From: Planctomycetota bacterium | GTDB lineage: Bacteria > Planctomycetota > UBA8108 > UBA1146 > JAJFFE01 | Length of the DNA: 64,000 nt | Direction of reading: 5' to 3' | Assembly (NCBI GenBank): GCA_050246115.1 | Contig: JBFWWP010000020.1 | Coordinates: 28,793-92,792, forward strand | Shown: piece after piece, positions 28,939-38,180 of the stretch | Layout of the letters: the number at the start of each line of letters is the position of its first letter | How positions within the stretch are numbered: the stretch's first letter is position 1 | The notes under the pieces: generated by a model | What the model was told of the DNA's origin: nothing | Databases searched by the model: none | The model's input: the letters and a program-made list of their open reading frames with translations, nothing else | Position numbers and translations under genes: made by a program

Positions 28939-30468
28939 CTAGTCGACCAGCATGCCACCGCGCGGGGAGTGGAGGTCGAATGCATCGAGCACATGACGCT
29001 CTTCGATGGTGCGGTGAGTTTCGGTGTCGGCAATGGTCCGCGCCAACCGCAGTACCCGCGTGATCGCGCGGGTCGATAGATCGAGTTCGTCCACCGTGGC
29101 CGCGAGCAGCTTGCTCGCCGGGACCGCCAGCGGAGCCCAAACCTCGCGGTCAGACCAGGGCAGAAAGCGGCTCGGCGCACGGCGCTCGGCTCGGCGAAAC
29201 TCGGTCGCGACTTGAACGATCTGTCGCAGGGCTGCTGTACTGAGTGGCTCGCGCCCCGCCTTCGGTCCACTGGCCAAGAGTTCGGCGCCGGTCGCCGATT
29301 GGATCTCGAGACGCAGGTCGATGCGATCGAGCAGGGGGCCGGAGATGCGTTCCTGATAACGTCGAACTTTGTCCGGCGAGCAGTGACAAGGCTTGCGCGC
29401 ACTCCGATGGTTCCCACAGGGACACGGGTTCATGGCCGCCACCAGCAGGAAGGTCGCCGGGAAGGTGAGCGTGGACCGCGCTCGCGCGATGGTGATCGCG
29501 CCTTCCTCGACCGGCTCCCGCAATGCCTCGAGGGAGCGGCGCGGAAACTCCGGGAGCTCATCGAGGAACAGGACACCGCGGTGAGCGAGTGTGATCTCGC
29601 CCGGCCGTGGAATCGGACCGCCCCCCACGAGTCCCGCCCACGACACCGTGTGATGGGGAGCGCGGAATGGACGACTCCGAACCAGCCCCGCACCGCGCTT
29701 CGCCCCCGCCGCCGACTGAATCTGAGTCACCTCGAGCACTTCTGCTGGGGTGAGGGGCGCGAGCAGGTTCGGCAGACGTCGCGCGAGCAGCGTCTTGCCG
29801 GCACCCGGCGGCCCGATCAGCAGCACGTTGTGACGCCCGGCGGCCGCGAGGGCGAGCGCGCGCTTTGCCCGCTCCTGACCGACCACCTCTGCGAAGTCGA
29901 CCTGCGGCCCAGTCTCGACCGGGTCCTCGACGGGTACGTTCGTGACCGCGGGCGCTTGCCCCGCGAGAACCGCCGCCGCGTGGCGTAAGTTTCGAACGCC
30001 CAAGCAAGAGATCCGCGGCACCACCTGCGCCTCGGCGAGCACGGCCTCGGGCAACAACACCCGTTCGACCCCTTCCGCTCGCAACGCCATGACCGTGCCG
30101 AGGGTCCCGAGGCCAGGGCGGATGCTGCTATCGAGCGACAACTCGCCGAGCACGCCCCAGATGCCGGGATCACGGGCGCGAACCTGACCGCTCGCCATGA
30201 GGATCCCGAGCGCAATCGGTAAGTCGAATGCCGGCCCTTCCTTCTCCCACCCGGCCGGTGCGAGGTTGACCGTGATGCGATGTCGGTCGGGAAAGGCGAA
30301 GCCGGCGTTGCCGATCGCGGCGCGAATGCGTTCGCGGCTGTCCCGAATGCCTTTTCCCGGCAACCCGCTGATGACGAACGTGTAGATTCCCGGGGTCAAG
30401 TCGACCTCGATCTCGACGGCACGGCCGCCGATTCCGAAGACATCGCCAGAGACCATGCGTACGACCAA
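28939..30468 (-). CDS. comM: Mg-chelatase-like AAA+ ATPase YifB/ComM
   Basis: N-terminal Lon-like domain (ITVNLAPAGWEKEGPAFDLPIALGIL), Walker A LLIGPPGAGKTLLARRL and a C-terminal Mg-chelatase ChlI-like region. Confidence 0.85.
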   Translation of the reverse strand: MVVRMVSGDVFGIGGRAVEIEVDLTPGIYTFVISGLPGKGIRDSRERIRAAIGNAGFAFPDRHRITVNLAPAGWEKEGPAFDLPIALGILMASGQVRARDPGIWGVLGELSLDSSIRPGLGTLGTVMALRAEGVERVLLPEAVLAEAQVVPRISCLGVRNLRHAAAVLAGQAPAVTNVPVEDPVETGPQVDFAEVVGQERAKRALALAAAGRHNVLLIGPPGAGKTLLARRLPNLLAPLTPAEVLEVTQIQSAAGAKRGAGLVRSRPFRAPHHTVSWAGLVGGGPIPRPGEITLAHRGVLFLDELPEFPRRSLEALREPVEEGAITIARARSTLTFPATFLLVAAMNPCPCGNHRSARKPCHCSPDKVRRYQERISGPLLDRIDLRLEIQSATGAELLASGPKAGREPLSTAALRQIVQVATEFRRAERRAPSRFLPWSDREVWAPLAVPASKLLAATVDELDLSTRAITRVLRLARTIADTETHRTIEERHVLDAFDLHSPRGGMLVD

Positions 30469-30674
30469 GGGGGTGTCCCCTCTCCGAGCGCGGAGAAGCG
30501 ACGTTCGTCAGGCAGGTCCGAGTACCTTACCCGAGCCGGGCGCCCGAGAGCGATCGGAAATGAGCCACGCGCCGTGAACCGAGGCGTCCTGGCAGCTCTG
30601 CGGGAGCGGTGTTATGATCCGACGACTGGCGCCTTTGGGCGTCACCCCACGGACCTGTTGGAGGAGCCGACCCC

Positions 30675-33029
30675 ATGCGCCACGACTCCCGTTTCTGGAC
30701 GACGATCGCAATCGCTGCCTGGCTCTGGCTAGGGGCCCTGCCGAACCTGCACGCCCAAGCCGAAGTCGCCGGAGCCGCCGACCTTGCGGAACGAGTGGCA
30801 CAGATCGTCGAGCGCTACGGCCGCGGCGATCTCAGCCGCGCCTGGCAAGGCTCGCGAGCCCTCGAAGAACTCGGCCCCGAGGTGGTCCCCTTCGTCGCCG
30901 GCCTGCTCGAGCGGGATGCGGTGCCCCTGGTGCTCCTCAGCGCCAAGACGCTCATCGCCCTCGGGGAGGTCGACGGCGTCGACGACGCCCTCCGACGGGT
31001 GGCCGCGAACAACGCCGCGACCATCGAACAGCGCGCCGCCGCCCTCGACCTGCTCGAGAACTTCCCCAGCGCGAAGACCGAGAAGCTCCTGCGCGACCTC
31101 TTGAACAGCGACGAGGGCTTTGACCCTCACCTCCGTATCACGGCCGCTCGTACCTTGTTCAGCGTGTCGGGGACCGCCCGATCCGACGACGACGGCGCTC
31201 CGCGCCAAGCGGGGCAGGATCGGCGCCTGGCGCGCGAGCGCCTGATCCCGCTCCTCGAGGTCGACGACCCGCGGGCGCAGGCTGCGGCCGCGCTGGCCCT
31301 CGGTGGGATGGGTTACGTCGAGGCGCGTGTCAAAGAGATCCTGTCGAGCCTCGAACTCGAGCCGACCGCGGAGGGTGCCCAGGCGCGATTGATCCTGCAC
31401 AACGAGATACTCATGACGAAGCTCGAGCGGCTCCTCGATCAGGGAGTTGGTGCCGGCACCGCCGAACAGAACCGCCACATCGAAAAGCTCGCGCTGCAGC
31501 TCGAGGAGCGCGATCAGAGTATCGCCAGCCTGCGGCAACAGCTCAGTCAGCAGACCAGCTATGCCGCCAATCCGGTGATCACGGCGCTGCTGCAGATGAT
31601 CGAACGGCTCTATGTCGATCCCGACCGCGTCGACAAGAAGCAGCTGATCGTCGAGGCCGCGAAAGGGATGGTGGGCAGCCTCGACCCGTTCTCCTCCTTC
31701 ATGGACCCTCGTGATACCAAGCAGTTCTACGAGGGGATCTCGGGCGAGTACGCCGGCATCGGCGCACAGGTCGCCAAGGACCCTGATGATGACACGTTGC
31801 TCATCCTGCGCCCGATCTACAACGGGCCGGCGTACATGGCCGACATCCTGACCGATGACAAGATCATCGAAGTCGAAGGAGTGACGACGAAGGGACTGAC
31901 CCTCGAAGAAATCGTGCAGTACCTGAAGGGCGAGCCGAATACGCCGGTACACATGAAGGTCTATCGTCGAGGTTGGCGTGAACCCCGCGAGAAGACGGTA
32001 TTACGGCGGCTCATCCACATCGACTCGGTCCACGCCACCATGCTCCCAGACCACATTGGCTACCTCAAGCTCACCCAGTTCGGTGACCGAGCCGTCGAAG
32101 AATTCGATCTGGCCATGGACAAACTCCTGGCCAGCGGCATGAAAGCGCTGATCCTGGATCTCCGCAACAACCCAGGGGGTTACCTGCAGGCGGCCGTGTC
32201 CATCGTGGACAGCCTCGTCGACGAAGACCCGCGGCCCATCGTGACCCAGCGCAGTCATTCGCCCTTGACCGAGCCGAGTTCCAAGCACACGACACCCGGC
32301 TGGAGAGGTGACTTTCCGATCGTCGTGCTCGTGAACCGCTCGAGTGCGAGCGCTGCGGAGATCGTCTCCGGTGCGCTCAAGGACTTCGGACGGGCAACGA
32401 TCGTCGGCGAACGGAGCTTCGGCAAGGGCAGCGTGCAGCGCCTCCTGGAACTGCCGAACGAGGTGAATGAGCTACTCGGGGGCGAGTCCACCCTGCGTCT
32501 GACCGTGCAGTACTACTACCTCCCCTCGGGGCGTTCCATCCACACGCGCCGCGATCCGAACGGTCGCGTGCTCGAGGACGGTGGTGTGCAACCCGACATC
32601 GTGGTGACCCCACCCGAGGTCGCCCTCTGGCGGCTCGAAGCCGTCGCGAAGCTCCAGGACAAGAACGCGTTCAACGAGTACCTGGACCGCTTCTACGAAG
32701 GGAACCAGCCGCTGTTCGCACGCGTGGCCGAGTTGGGAGACGACGGCCTGACTTCCGTCTACCCCGAGTTCGATGACTTCTTCGGTGAGCGCAACGAGTT
32801 CCACGCCGAGCCAGGTGACATCCGCGCCCGACTTCGTGAAGTCATCCGCCGCCGGGTCGAGGACGCCAGGGGCGAGCAGTTCGCGTGCGACTTCCCGGAA
32901 GACCGCCAGCTTCAGCGTGCGATCCTGGTGGCTCTGGAGAAACTCGGCCAGCCCCCTGCGAACCCGCGCTACGCTCCGTTCGCCAAGGCTTTCGACGAAG
33001 TCGAGAAAGTCAAGGACGCGGAGTTCTAG
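30675..33029 (+). CDS. Secreted S41-family C-terminal processing protease (Ctp/Prc-like) with an N-terminal helical-repeat extension
   Basis: Signal peptide. A PDZ-like region, then the S41 catalytic block ALILDLRNNPGGYL...VVLVNRSSASAAEIVSGALKDFGRATIVGERSFGKGSVQ (Ser/Lys dyad region). Confidence 0.8.
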   Translation: MRHDSRFWTTIAIAAWLWLGALPNLHAQAEVAGAADLAERVAQIVERYGRGDLSRAWQGSRALEELGPEVVPFVAGLLERDAVPLVLLSAKTLIALGEVDGVDDALRRVAANNAATIEQRAAALDLLENFPSAKTEKLLRDLLNSDEGFDPHLRITAARTLFSVSGTARSDDDGAPRQAGQDRRLARERLIPLLEVDDPRAQAAAALALGGMGYVEARVKEILSSLELEPTAEGAQARLILHNEILMTKLERLLDQGVGAGTAEQNRHIEKLALQLEERDQSIASLRQQLSQQTSYAANPVITALLQMIERLYVDPDRVDKKQLIVEAAKGMVGSLDPFSSFMDPRDTKQFYEGISGEYAGIGAQVAKDPDDDTLLILRPIYNGPAYMADILTDDKIIEVEGVTTKGLTLEEIVQYLKGEPNTPVHMKVYRRGWREPREKTVLRRLIHIDSVHATMLPDHIGYLKLTQFGDRAVEEFDLAMDKLLASGMKALILDLRNNPGGYLQAAVSIVDSLVDEDPRPIVTQRSHSPLTEPSSKHTTPGWRGDFPIVVLVNRSSASAAEIVSGALKDFGRATIVGERSFGKGSVQRLLELPNEVNELLGGESTLRLTVQYYYLPSGRSIHTRRDPNGRVLEDGGVQPDIVVTPPEVALWRLEAVAKLQDKNAFNEYLDRFYEGNQPLFARVAELGDDGLTSVYPEFDDFFGERNEFHAEPGDIRARLREVIRRRVEDARGEQFACDFPEDRQLQRAILVALEKLGQPPANPRYAPFAKAFDEVEKVKDAEF

Positions 33030-33085
33030 CGGTCCGCTCCACCGGCACAGAGAGTCGATGACGGTTCGACCGCAAACAAGGAATC

Positions 33086-33886
33086 ATGGACCGCCTCGCG
33101 CAACTCGAGCATCAGAGCGTCTACATCTTGCGCGAGGCGTTTGCCCGGCTCGAGCGCCTTGCCATGCTCTGGTCGATCGGCAAGGACTCGACCGTGCTCC
33201 TCTGGTTGGCCCGCAAGGCCTTCGGTGGGCACGTGCCCTTCCCGCTCGTCCACATCGACACATCGTTCAAGATCCCAGAGATGATCGCGTATCGCGATCG
33301 CATGGTCGCCGAGTGGCAGCTCGATCTGCGGGTGGTCCGTAACGAGAGCGCGCTCGCCGCCGGTATGAACCATGAGCGCGGCCGGGTCACCTGCTGCCAT
33401 GCCCTGAAGACCCAGCCACTCGAAGGACTGCTGCGTGACGGCGGCTACCGCGGTCTCATCGTCGGCGTGCGCAAGGACGAGCAGCAGACTCGAGCCAAGG
33501 AACGTACGATCTCACTCCGTGGGGCCGACCTTTCCTGGGCCGCGCATGATCAGGCACCCGAGCTGTGGGGACAGTTCAATACCGACCTCACACCCGGCAC
33601 GCACGCGCGCGTGCACCCGCTCCTCGATTGGACCGAAATCAACGTCTGGGAGTACATCGAGCGCGAGTCCATTCCGGTGTTGGGCCTATACTTCGCTCGC
33701 AACGGACATCGCTACCGCAGCCTGGGTTGTGCGCCTTGCACGGCCCCGGTCGCCTCGCGCGCCGAGACGGTGGAGCAGGTCATTGCCGAGTTGCGAGACT
33801 CGCGAGCGTCCGAACGCGACGGTCGGGCGCAGGATTTGGAAACCGAAGACGCGTTCGAGCGGCTGCGCCGCGACGGGTACCTGTGA
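33086..33886 (+). CDS. cysD: Sulfate adenylyltransferase subunit 2
   Basis: [21 protein letters not shown] is the PAPS-reductase-like PP-loop. Typical CysD length. Confidence 0.9.
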   Translation: MDRLAQLEHQSVYILREAFARLERLAMLWSIGKDSTVLLWLARKAFGGHVPFPLVHIDTSFKIPEMIAYRDRMVAEWQLDLRVVRNESALAAGMNHERGRVTCCHALKTQPLEGLLRDGGYRGLIVGVRKDEQQTRAKERTISLRGADLSWAAHDQAPELWGQFNTDLTPGTHARVHPLLDWTEINVWEYIERESIPVLGLYFARNGHRYRSLGCAPCTAPVASRAETVEQVIAELRDSRASERDGRAQDLETEDAFERLRRDGYL

Positions 33887-35781
33887 TGGACCTCACGTCG
33901 AAGCCAAGTGCTCAAGCCGAGTCGCTCCTGCGCGTCGTCGTCGTCGGCCACGTGGACCACGGCAAGTCGACGCTCATCGGCCGCCTCCTCCGCGACCTCG
34001 ATCAGCTCTCCGAGAAACGACGACGACAGATCGAGGAATCGTCGCAGCGACGGGGCATGCGGACGGAGTGGGCGTTCGCCCTGGACGCACTCCAAGCGGA
34101 GCGCGATCAACTGATCACGATCGACGTCGCCCAGGTGCAACTCCGCACCGAGCGTCGAACCTACTGCCTGTGCGACGCACCGGGCCACAAGGAGTTCCTC
34201 AAGAACATGGTCACGGGCGCCGCTGCGGCCGACGCGGCGCTCCTGGTGATCGACGCCGAACTCGGCGTGGAGGAACAGACCCGACGGCACGCTCACTTGC
34301 TGCAGCTTCTGGGTGTCCGTCAAGTCGGCGTCATCGCGAACAAGATGGACCGGGTGCATTTCGAGGAGTCGCGGTTCGTCGCGCTCGGCGACGACTGGCA
34401 GCGCTACGCTCGCCAACTCGGACTCGCCGCCATAGGGCTCGTCCCCGCGAGCGCTCTCGAAGGCGACAATCTCGTCCGTTCGAGCCCGCGGATGCCCTGG
34501 CATCATGGCCCGACAGTGGTGCAACTACTCGACCTGTTCGAAGCCACCGCTCCACCCGAGGACCGTCCCCTGCGCCTCCCACTGCAGGGCATCTACAAGT
34601 TCGACTCGCGACGACTGCTGGTCGGACGCATCGAAAGTGGTGTGCTCACGGTCGGCGACCGAGTGCTGTTTTCGCCCTGCAACAAGATCGCGACCGTGGC
34701 TTCGCTCGAGCACTTTCCTGAGCGCGCCGCGGACCGCGCGGTGGCCGGCGAGTCGATCGCCTTCACGCTCGAGGAGCCGACCTTCGTCGAACGCGGGGAA
34801 GTCGTTTCGCACGTCGAACGCAGCCCTTTCGAGACCAACGTCTTCGATGCGCAGCTGTTCTGGTTCGGAGCCGAGCCCCTCGCGGTTGGAGCGCGCGTGC
34901 GGCTGCGAGTGAACACCAAGGAGGTCGAGGCCTGGATCGAGCGCATCCACCATCGAATCGACCCAGAGACGCTCGCGCCGCGGGCGACGACTTCGACGAT
35001 CGCCCCGCACGATGTGGCGCGAGTCACTTTGCGGACCCGCGGTCCCATTGCGGTCGACAACCACGACGAGAACCCACAAACGGGGCGCGTGGTGCTGGTG
35101 GCGAACGGTCGCATTGGCGGCGGCGGACTCGTCGACGTGCGCGCTTACTCGGCGCAGCGCCCGCGGGCAGCCGAAATCAAGAGCGCGGAGATTCGCTGGT
35201 CGGAATCGACCGTGACCCGCGAACAGCGTTTCGCGCGCAACCGTCACCGCGGTGCCGTCATTTGGTTGACCGGCCTCTCCGGCAGTGGCAAATCGACTAT
35301 CGCCCAGGCGCTTCAGGAGCGCCTGTTTCGCAGCGGCTGCCAAACCTATGTCCTCGACGGCGACAACGTTCGACACGGGCTCAACCGCAACCTCGGGTTC
35401 TCCCCCGATGACCGCGCCGAGAACATCCGGCGCATCGGCGAAGTCGCCAAGCTGTTCGCGGACGCGGGCACGCTCGTCATCACCGCGTTCATCTCCCCGT
35501 ATCGCGCCGACCGTGAACTCGCCCGCTCTCTCTTGGGGGCGAATGAGTTCTTCGAGGTGTACGTCCGCTGCCCCATCGAAGTTTGCGAGGAGCGCGACCC
35601 GAAGCAGCTCTACCGCAAGGCGCGCGCGGGCGAGATTCGCTCCTTCACCGGGATCGACGCTCCGTACGAGACCCCCGAGACCCCAGACCTCATCGTCGAC
35701 ACCCACGAGCACTCGGTCGATCGCTGCGTGGACGCCGTTCTCGAGCGTCTGAGTGGTGCTCGCGTCTTCGACGTGCGTTGA
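33886..35781 (+). CDS. cysNC: Bifunctional sulfate adenylyltransferase subunit 1 / adenylylsulfate kinase (CysN/CysC fusion)
   Basis: GTPase motifs [22 protein letters not shown] and NKMD, followed by the APS kinase P-loop [11 protein letters not shown]. The ATG overlaps the cysD stop (tgATGg). Confidence 0.9.
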   Translation: MDLTSKPSAQAESLLRVVVVGHVDHGKSTLIGRLLRDLDQLSEKRRRQIEESSQRRGMRTEWAFALDALQAERDQLITIDVAQVQLRTERRTYCLCDAPGHKEFLKNMVTGAAAADAALLVIDAELGVEEQTRRHAHLLQLLGVRQVGVIANKMDRVHFEESRFVALGDDWQRYARQLGLAAIGLVPASALEGDNLVRSSPRMPWHHGPTVVQLLDLFEATAPPEDRPLRLPLQGIYKFDSRRLLVGRIESGVLTVGDRVLFSPCNKIATVASLEHFPERAADRAVAGESIAFTLEEPTFVERGEVVSHVERSPFETNVFDAQLFWFGAEPLAVGARVRLRVNTKEVEAWIERIHHRIDPETLAPRATTSTIAPHDVARVTLRTRGPIAVDNHDENPQTGRVVLVANGRIGGGGLVDVRAYSAQRPRAAEIKSAEIRWSESTVTREQRFARNRHRGAVIWLTGLSGSGKSTIAQALQERLFRSGCQTYVLDGDNVRHGLNRNLGFSPDDRAENIRRIGEVAKLFADAGTLVITAFISPYRADRELARSLLGANEFFEVYVRCPIEVCEERDPKQLYRKARAGEIRSFTGIDAPYETPETPDLIVDTHEHSVDRCVDAVLERLSGARVFDVR

Positions 35782-35952
35782 GACGGGGTCACGGTCGCAC
35801 GTGACCGCGCGAGTTTCGATCCAGGGACCACCACGCCCGGCCGCCGGCCGCGCCCCGACCCCGGCTCAGGCAGCGCGAACGGACCGCCCCCTCCTCGGGT
35901 GCGACTCCGCGAATACCTCCCCCTGACCCGGGGCATGCGGTACCCTCGGGCC

Positions 35953-36489
35953 ATGAGCAACCCGTTCGCCCCGTATGAACTGAGCCCGTTCGAAGACGCG
36001 AGGGATCGTGCCGGCGAGATCGACTTGCTGACCCGCTGCTATGCCGAGTACGGGCAGGTCATCGAACTGGACACCCTCGATGAAGACCTCTTCGAGATCG
36101 AGCGCCGCTACTGCCCGCCAGCGAGCGCTTTCTGGGTGCTTCGCGACGGCCCACGCCTCGTGGGTTCGGTCGCGGTCAAGGGGATCGACGGCTCCACCGC
36201 TGAACTCAAACGAGTCTTCCTCGATGCCGCCCTGCGCGGTCGCGGGCTCGGTAAGGCCTTGTCGCGCTGGGCCATCGACTGGGCCCGCGACGCCGGCTAC
36301 ACCCGCCTCGACATCTGGTCGGACGTGCTCTACGAAACCGCTCACCGACTCTACCTGGGCCTCGGCGCCCACGACACCGGCGAAACGCGCGAGTTGGGCG
36401 GTCGCAACCACGTGTTCGAACGCGGCTTCGTCCTCGACCTCGGGGGGCCACCGCCCCCGGGTCGCCAACTCCCCGAAGGAACGCCATGA
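35953..36489 (+). CDS. GNAT-family N-acetyltransferase
   Basis: RVFLDAALRGRGLGKALSRWAIDWARDAGY is acetyl-CoA binding motif A. Confidence 0.6.
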   Translation: MSNPFAPYELSPFEDARDRAGEIDLLTRCYAEYGQVIELDTLDEDLFEIERRYCPPASAFWVLRDGPRLVGSVAVKGIDGSTAELKRVFLDAALRGRGLGKALSRWAIDWARDAGYTRLDIWSDVLYETAHRLYLGLGAHDTGETRELGGRNHVFERGFVLDLGGPPPPGRQLPEGTP

Positions 36490-36800
36490 ACGTCGCAAAC
36501 CCCCTCCCGCTCGTCGTCCTGCTCGGCGTCGTTCTCCTCGGTCCAGGCTGTACCGATCCCACGCCCCCAAAGCTCGCCGTCCCCAAAGAGGTGACGCTGC
36601 ACGTCGACGGCATGAGCTGCGCGGAGAACTGCGCGCCGCGCGTGAAACTGCTGCTCGAAGCAGTCCCGGGAGTGGCTGCGGTCGCCGTCGACTTCGAGGC
36701 CAAGACCGCGGTGTGCACCCTCGACCGCGACATCGGGATCGAGTCGATCATCGGCGCCCTACCCCCGCCCTTCACCGCCCGCGTCGAAAGCCCCCGTTGA
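36486..36800 (+). CDS. Heavy-metal-associated (HMA) domain lipoprotein
   Basis: Signal peptide with Cys (VVLLGPGC), then LHVDGMSCAENCAPRVKLLLEAVPGVAAVAVDF, an HMA fold with a CxxxC variant. ATG overlaps the preceding stop (ATGA). Confidence 0.5.
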   Translation: MNVANPLPLVVLLGVVLLGPGCTDPTPPKLAVPKEVTLHVDGMSCAENCAPRVKLLLEAVPGVAAVAVDFEAKTAVCTLDRDIGIESIIGALPPPFTARVESPR

Positions 36801-36875
36801 GCCGGGAACGCTCGCTCGGGCTGCTCGAAAGTACACTCGATTGGGGACTTGATTGGGGACGGGTCCCGGGTCCCC

Positions 36876-37979
36876 CTACCGCACCTTCAGCAACAGTGCA
36901 ATCAGCACCGACGTGAGCACGGCCTGGAGGATCATGAAGCGCACCAACACTTGGGTATTGGACCAGTTCCACTTGCCGCGGCAATGGTCGTGAAGGGGAA
37001 AGCGAACGCTGCGGAAGATGCCAATGCGGAAGAAGCGCAAGAGCGCGATCTTGAGCAGACCGGTGCCGCCATTCACGAGCACAACCGCAGCGACGACGAG
37101 GATCAGTGCTGGGTTCCCGGAGGCGAGCACGAACACGCCGAGCAGGAGTCCGAGCGGACGCGAACCCGCGTCGCCCATGAGAAACTCGCTGGGGCTCGCG
37201 TTGTACCAGAGATACCCCAGGAGCACTCCGGACAGGGTGAACGCCATGATGCCCCAGTCCGCGCCCTCGCGGTACCACGGCACCAAGAGGTAGCGTGCGA
37301 CGTCTTGGTGTCCTACCACCATGGTGAGGACTCCGCCGAGGCACAAGAAGGCGAGAAGGAGCAGGCTACCGGACAGCCCGTCGACTCCATCGGTGCAGTT
37401 GGTCGCGTTGATGGAGATCCACAGGAGCGCGGTCGCCATCGGCAGATACAGCCCGGGTCCGACGGTCACTGCGGCCTTGTACACGGGTAACCACAACTCG
37501 ACCGACTCGCCGCCCGAGAGCGCCCACGCCGTGGCGAAAGCGATGCCCAAATCTGCGGCGGCCTTCGAGTAGTCGCTCCAAGCGAGCTTGGCACGATCAT
37601 CGAGATAGCCCGCCCACATCGCGAGCAAAGCGCAGCCCAGGACCGCGGTGTAAGTCCACGAGACCGGTGTAACGAGCAGGGCGGCGATCCCGTAGAGTGG
37701 CATGAAGATCACGCCGACACCGGTAGGCTTCCCCTGACTCGCGGCCGCACCCACGGCATAAGGGCGTCCTCGATCCGTGGGCAGCCGACGCACCCAGCGG
37801 GGGAGCCACCACCAGACGCAAACTGCCGTCAGCGCCAGACCGGCGATCGCGAGGACCAGCCGCGAAGACAGGAGTCGATACGGTCCGTCTCCGAAGTGGC
37901 GAACGAGGAGTCCGCCGAGCCAATAGAGCATCGTAGCACTCGCGATCCGAAGGGCGGTTTGGAGGCGGCGAGGCGGCAT
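36876..37979 (-). CDS. Polyprenyl-phosphate N-acetylhexosamine-1-phosphate transferase family protein (MraY/WecA-like, GT4)
   Basis: Multi-TM. NATNCTDGVDGL and FPLHDHCRGKWNWSNTQVLVRF resemble MraY/WecA conserved loops. It is not in a dcw cluster context. Start uncertain (internal ATG chosen). Confidence 0.6.
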   Translation of the reverse strand: MPPRRLQTALRIASATMLYWLGGLLVRHFGDGPYRLLSSRLVLAIAGLALTAVCVWWWLPRWVRRLPTDRGRPYAVGAAASQGKPTGVGVIFMPLYGIAALLVTPVSWTYTAVLGCALLAMWAGYLDDRAKLAWSDYSKAAADLGIAFATAWALSGGESVELWLPVYKAAVTVGPGLYLPMATALLWISINATNCTDGVDGLSGSLLLLAFLCLGGVLTMVVGHQDVARYLLVPWYREGADWGIMAFTLSGVLLGYLWYNASPSEFLMGDAGSRPLGLLLGVFVLASGNPALILVVAAVVLVNGGTGLLKIALLRFFRIGIFRSVRFPLHDHCRGKWNWSNTQVLVRFMILQAVLTSVLIALLLKVR

Positions 37980-38180
37980 GATAGCGGACCGCGCAAGCGA
38001 AAGTACCGGGCCGTCCAAGAAGTGAAGCGGCCGGCTCGAGGGAAACTCGGGCCGGCCGCTTGACGAGCGTCGTAGTCGAACTTCGATCACACGCGGGAGC
38101 GAGCGCGGCGAGGGCCTTCCCCCTCACGTGCCATGAGGCCTATTGGCCCCGCGTCGTCCCGATCGGGGTGGTTTCGACTC

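Noticed and set aside
28551-29417. 288-aa minus-strand ORF overlapping comM
   Set aside because: Alternate frame of the comM coding region with Arg/Ser-rich composition.
30729-31952. 407-aa minus-strand ORF
   Set aside because: Antisense to the S41 protease gene, which has clear catalytic motifs.
34525-35712. 395-aa minus-strand ORF
   Set aside because: Antisense to the cysN/cysC fusion.
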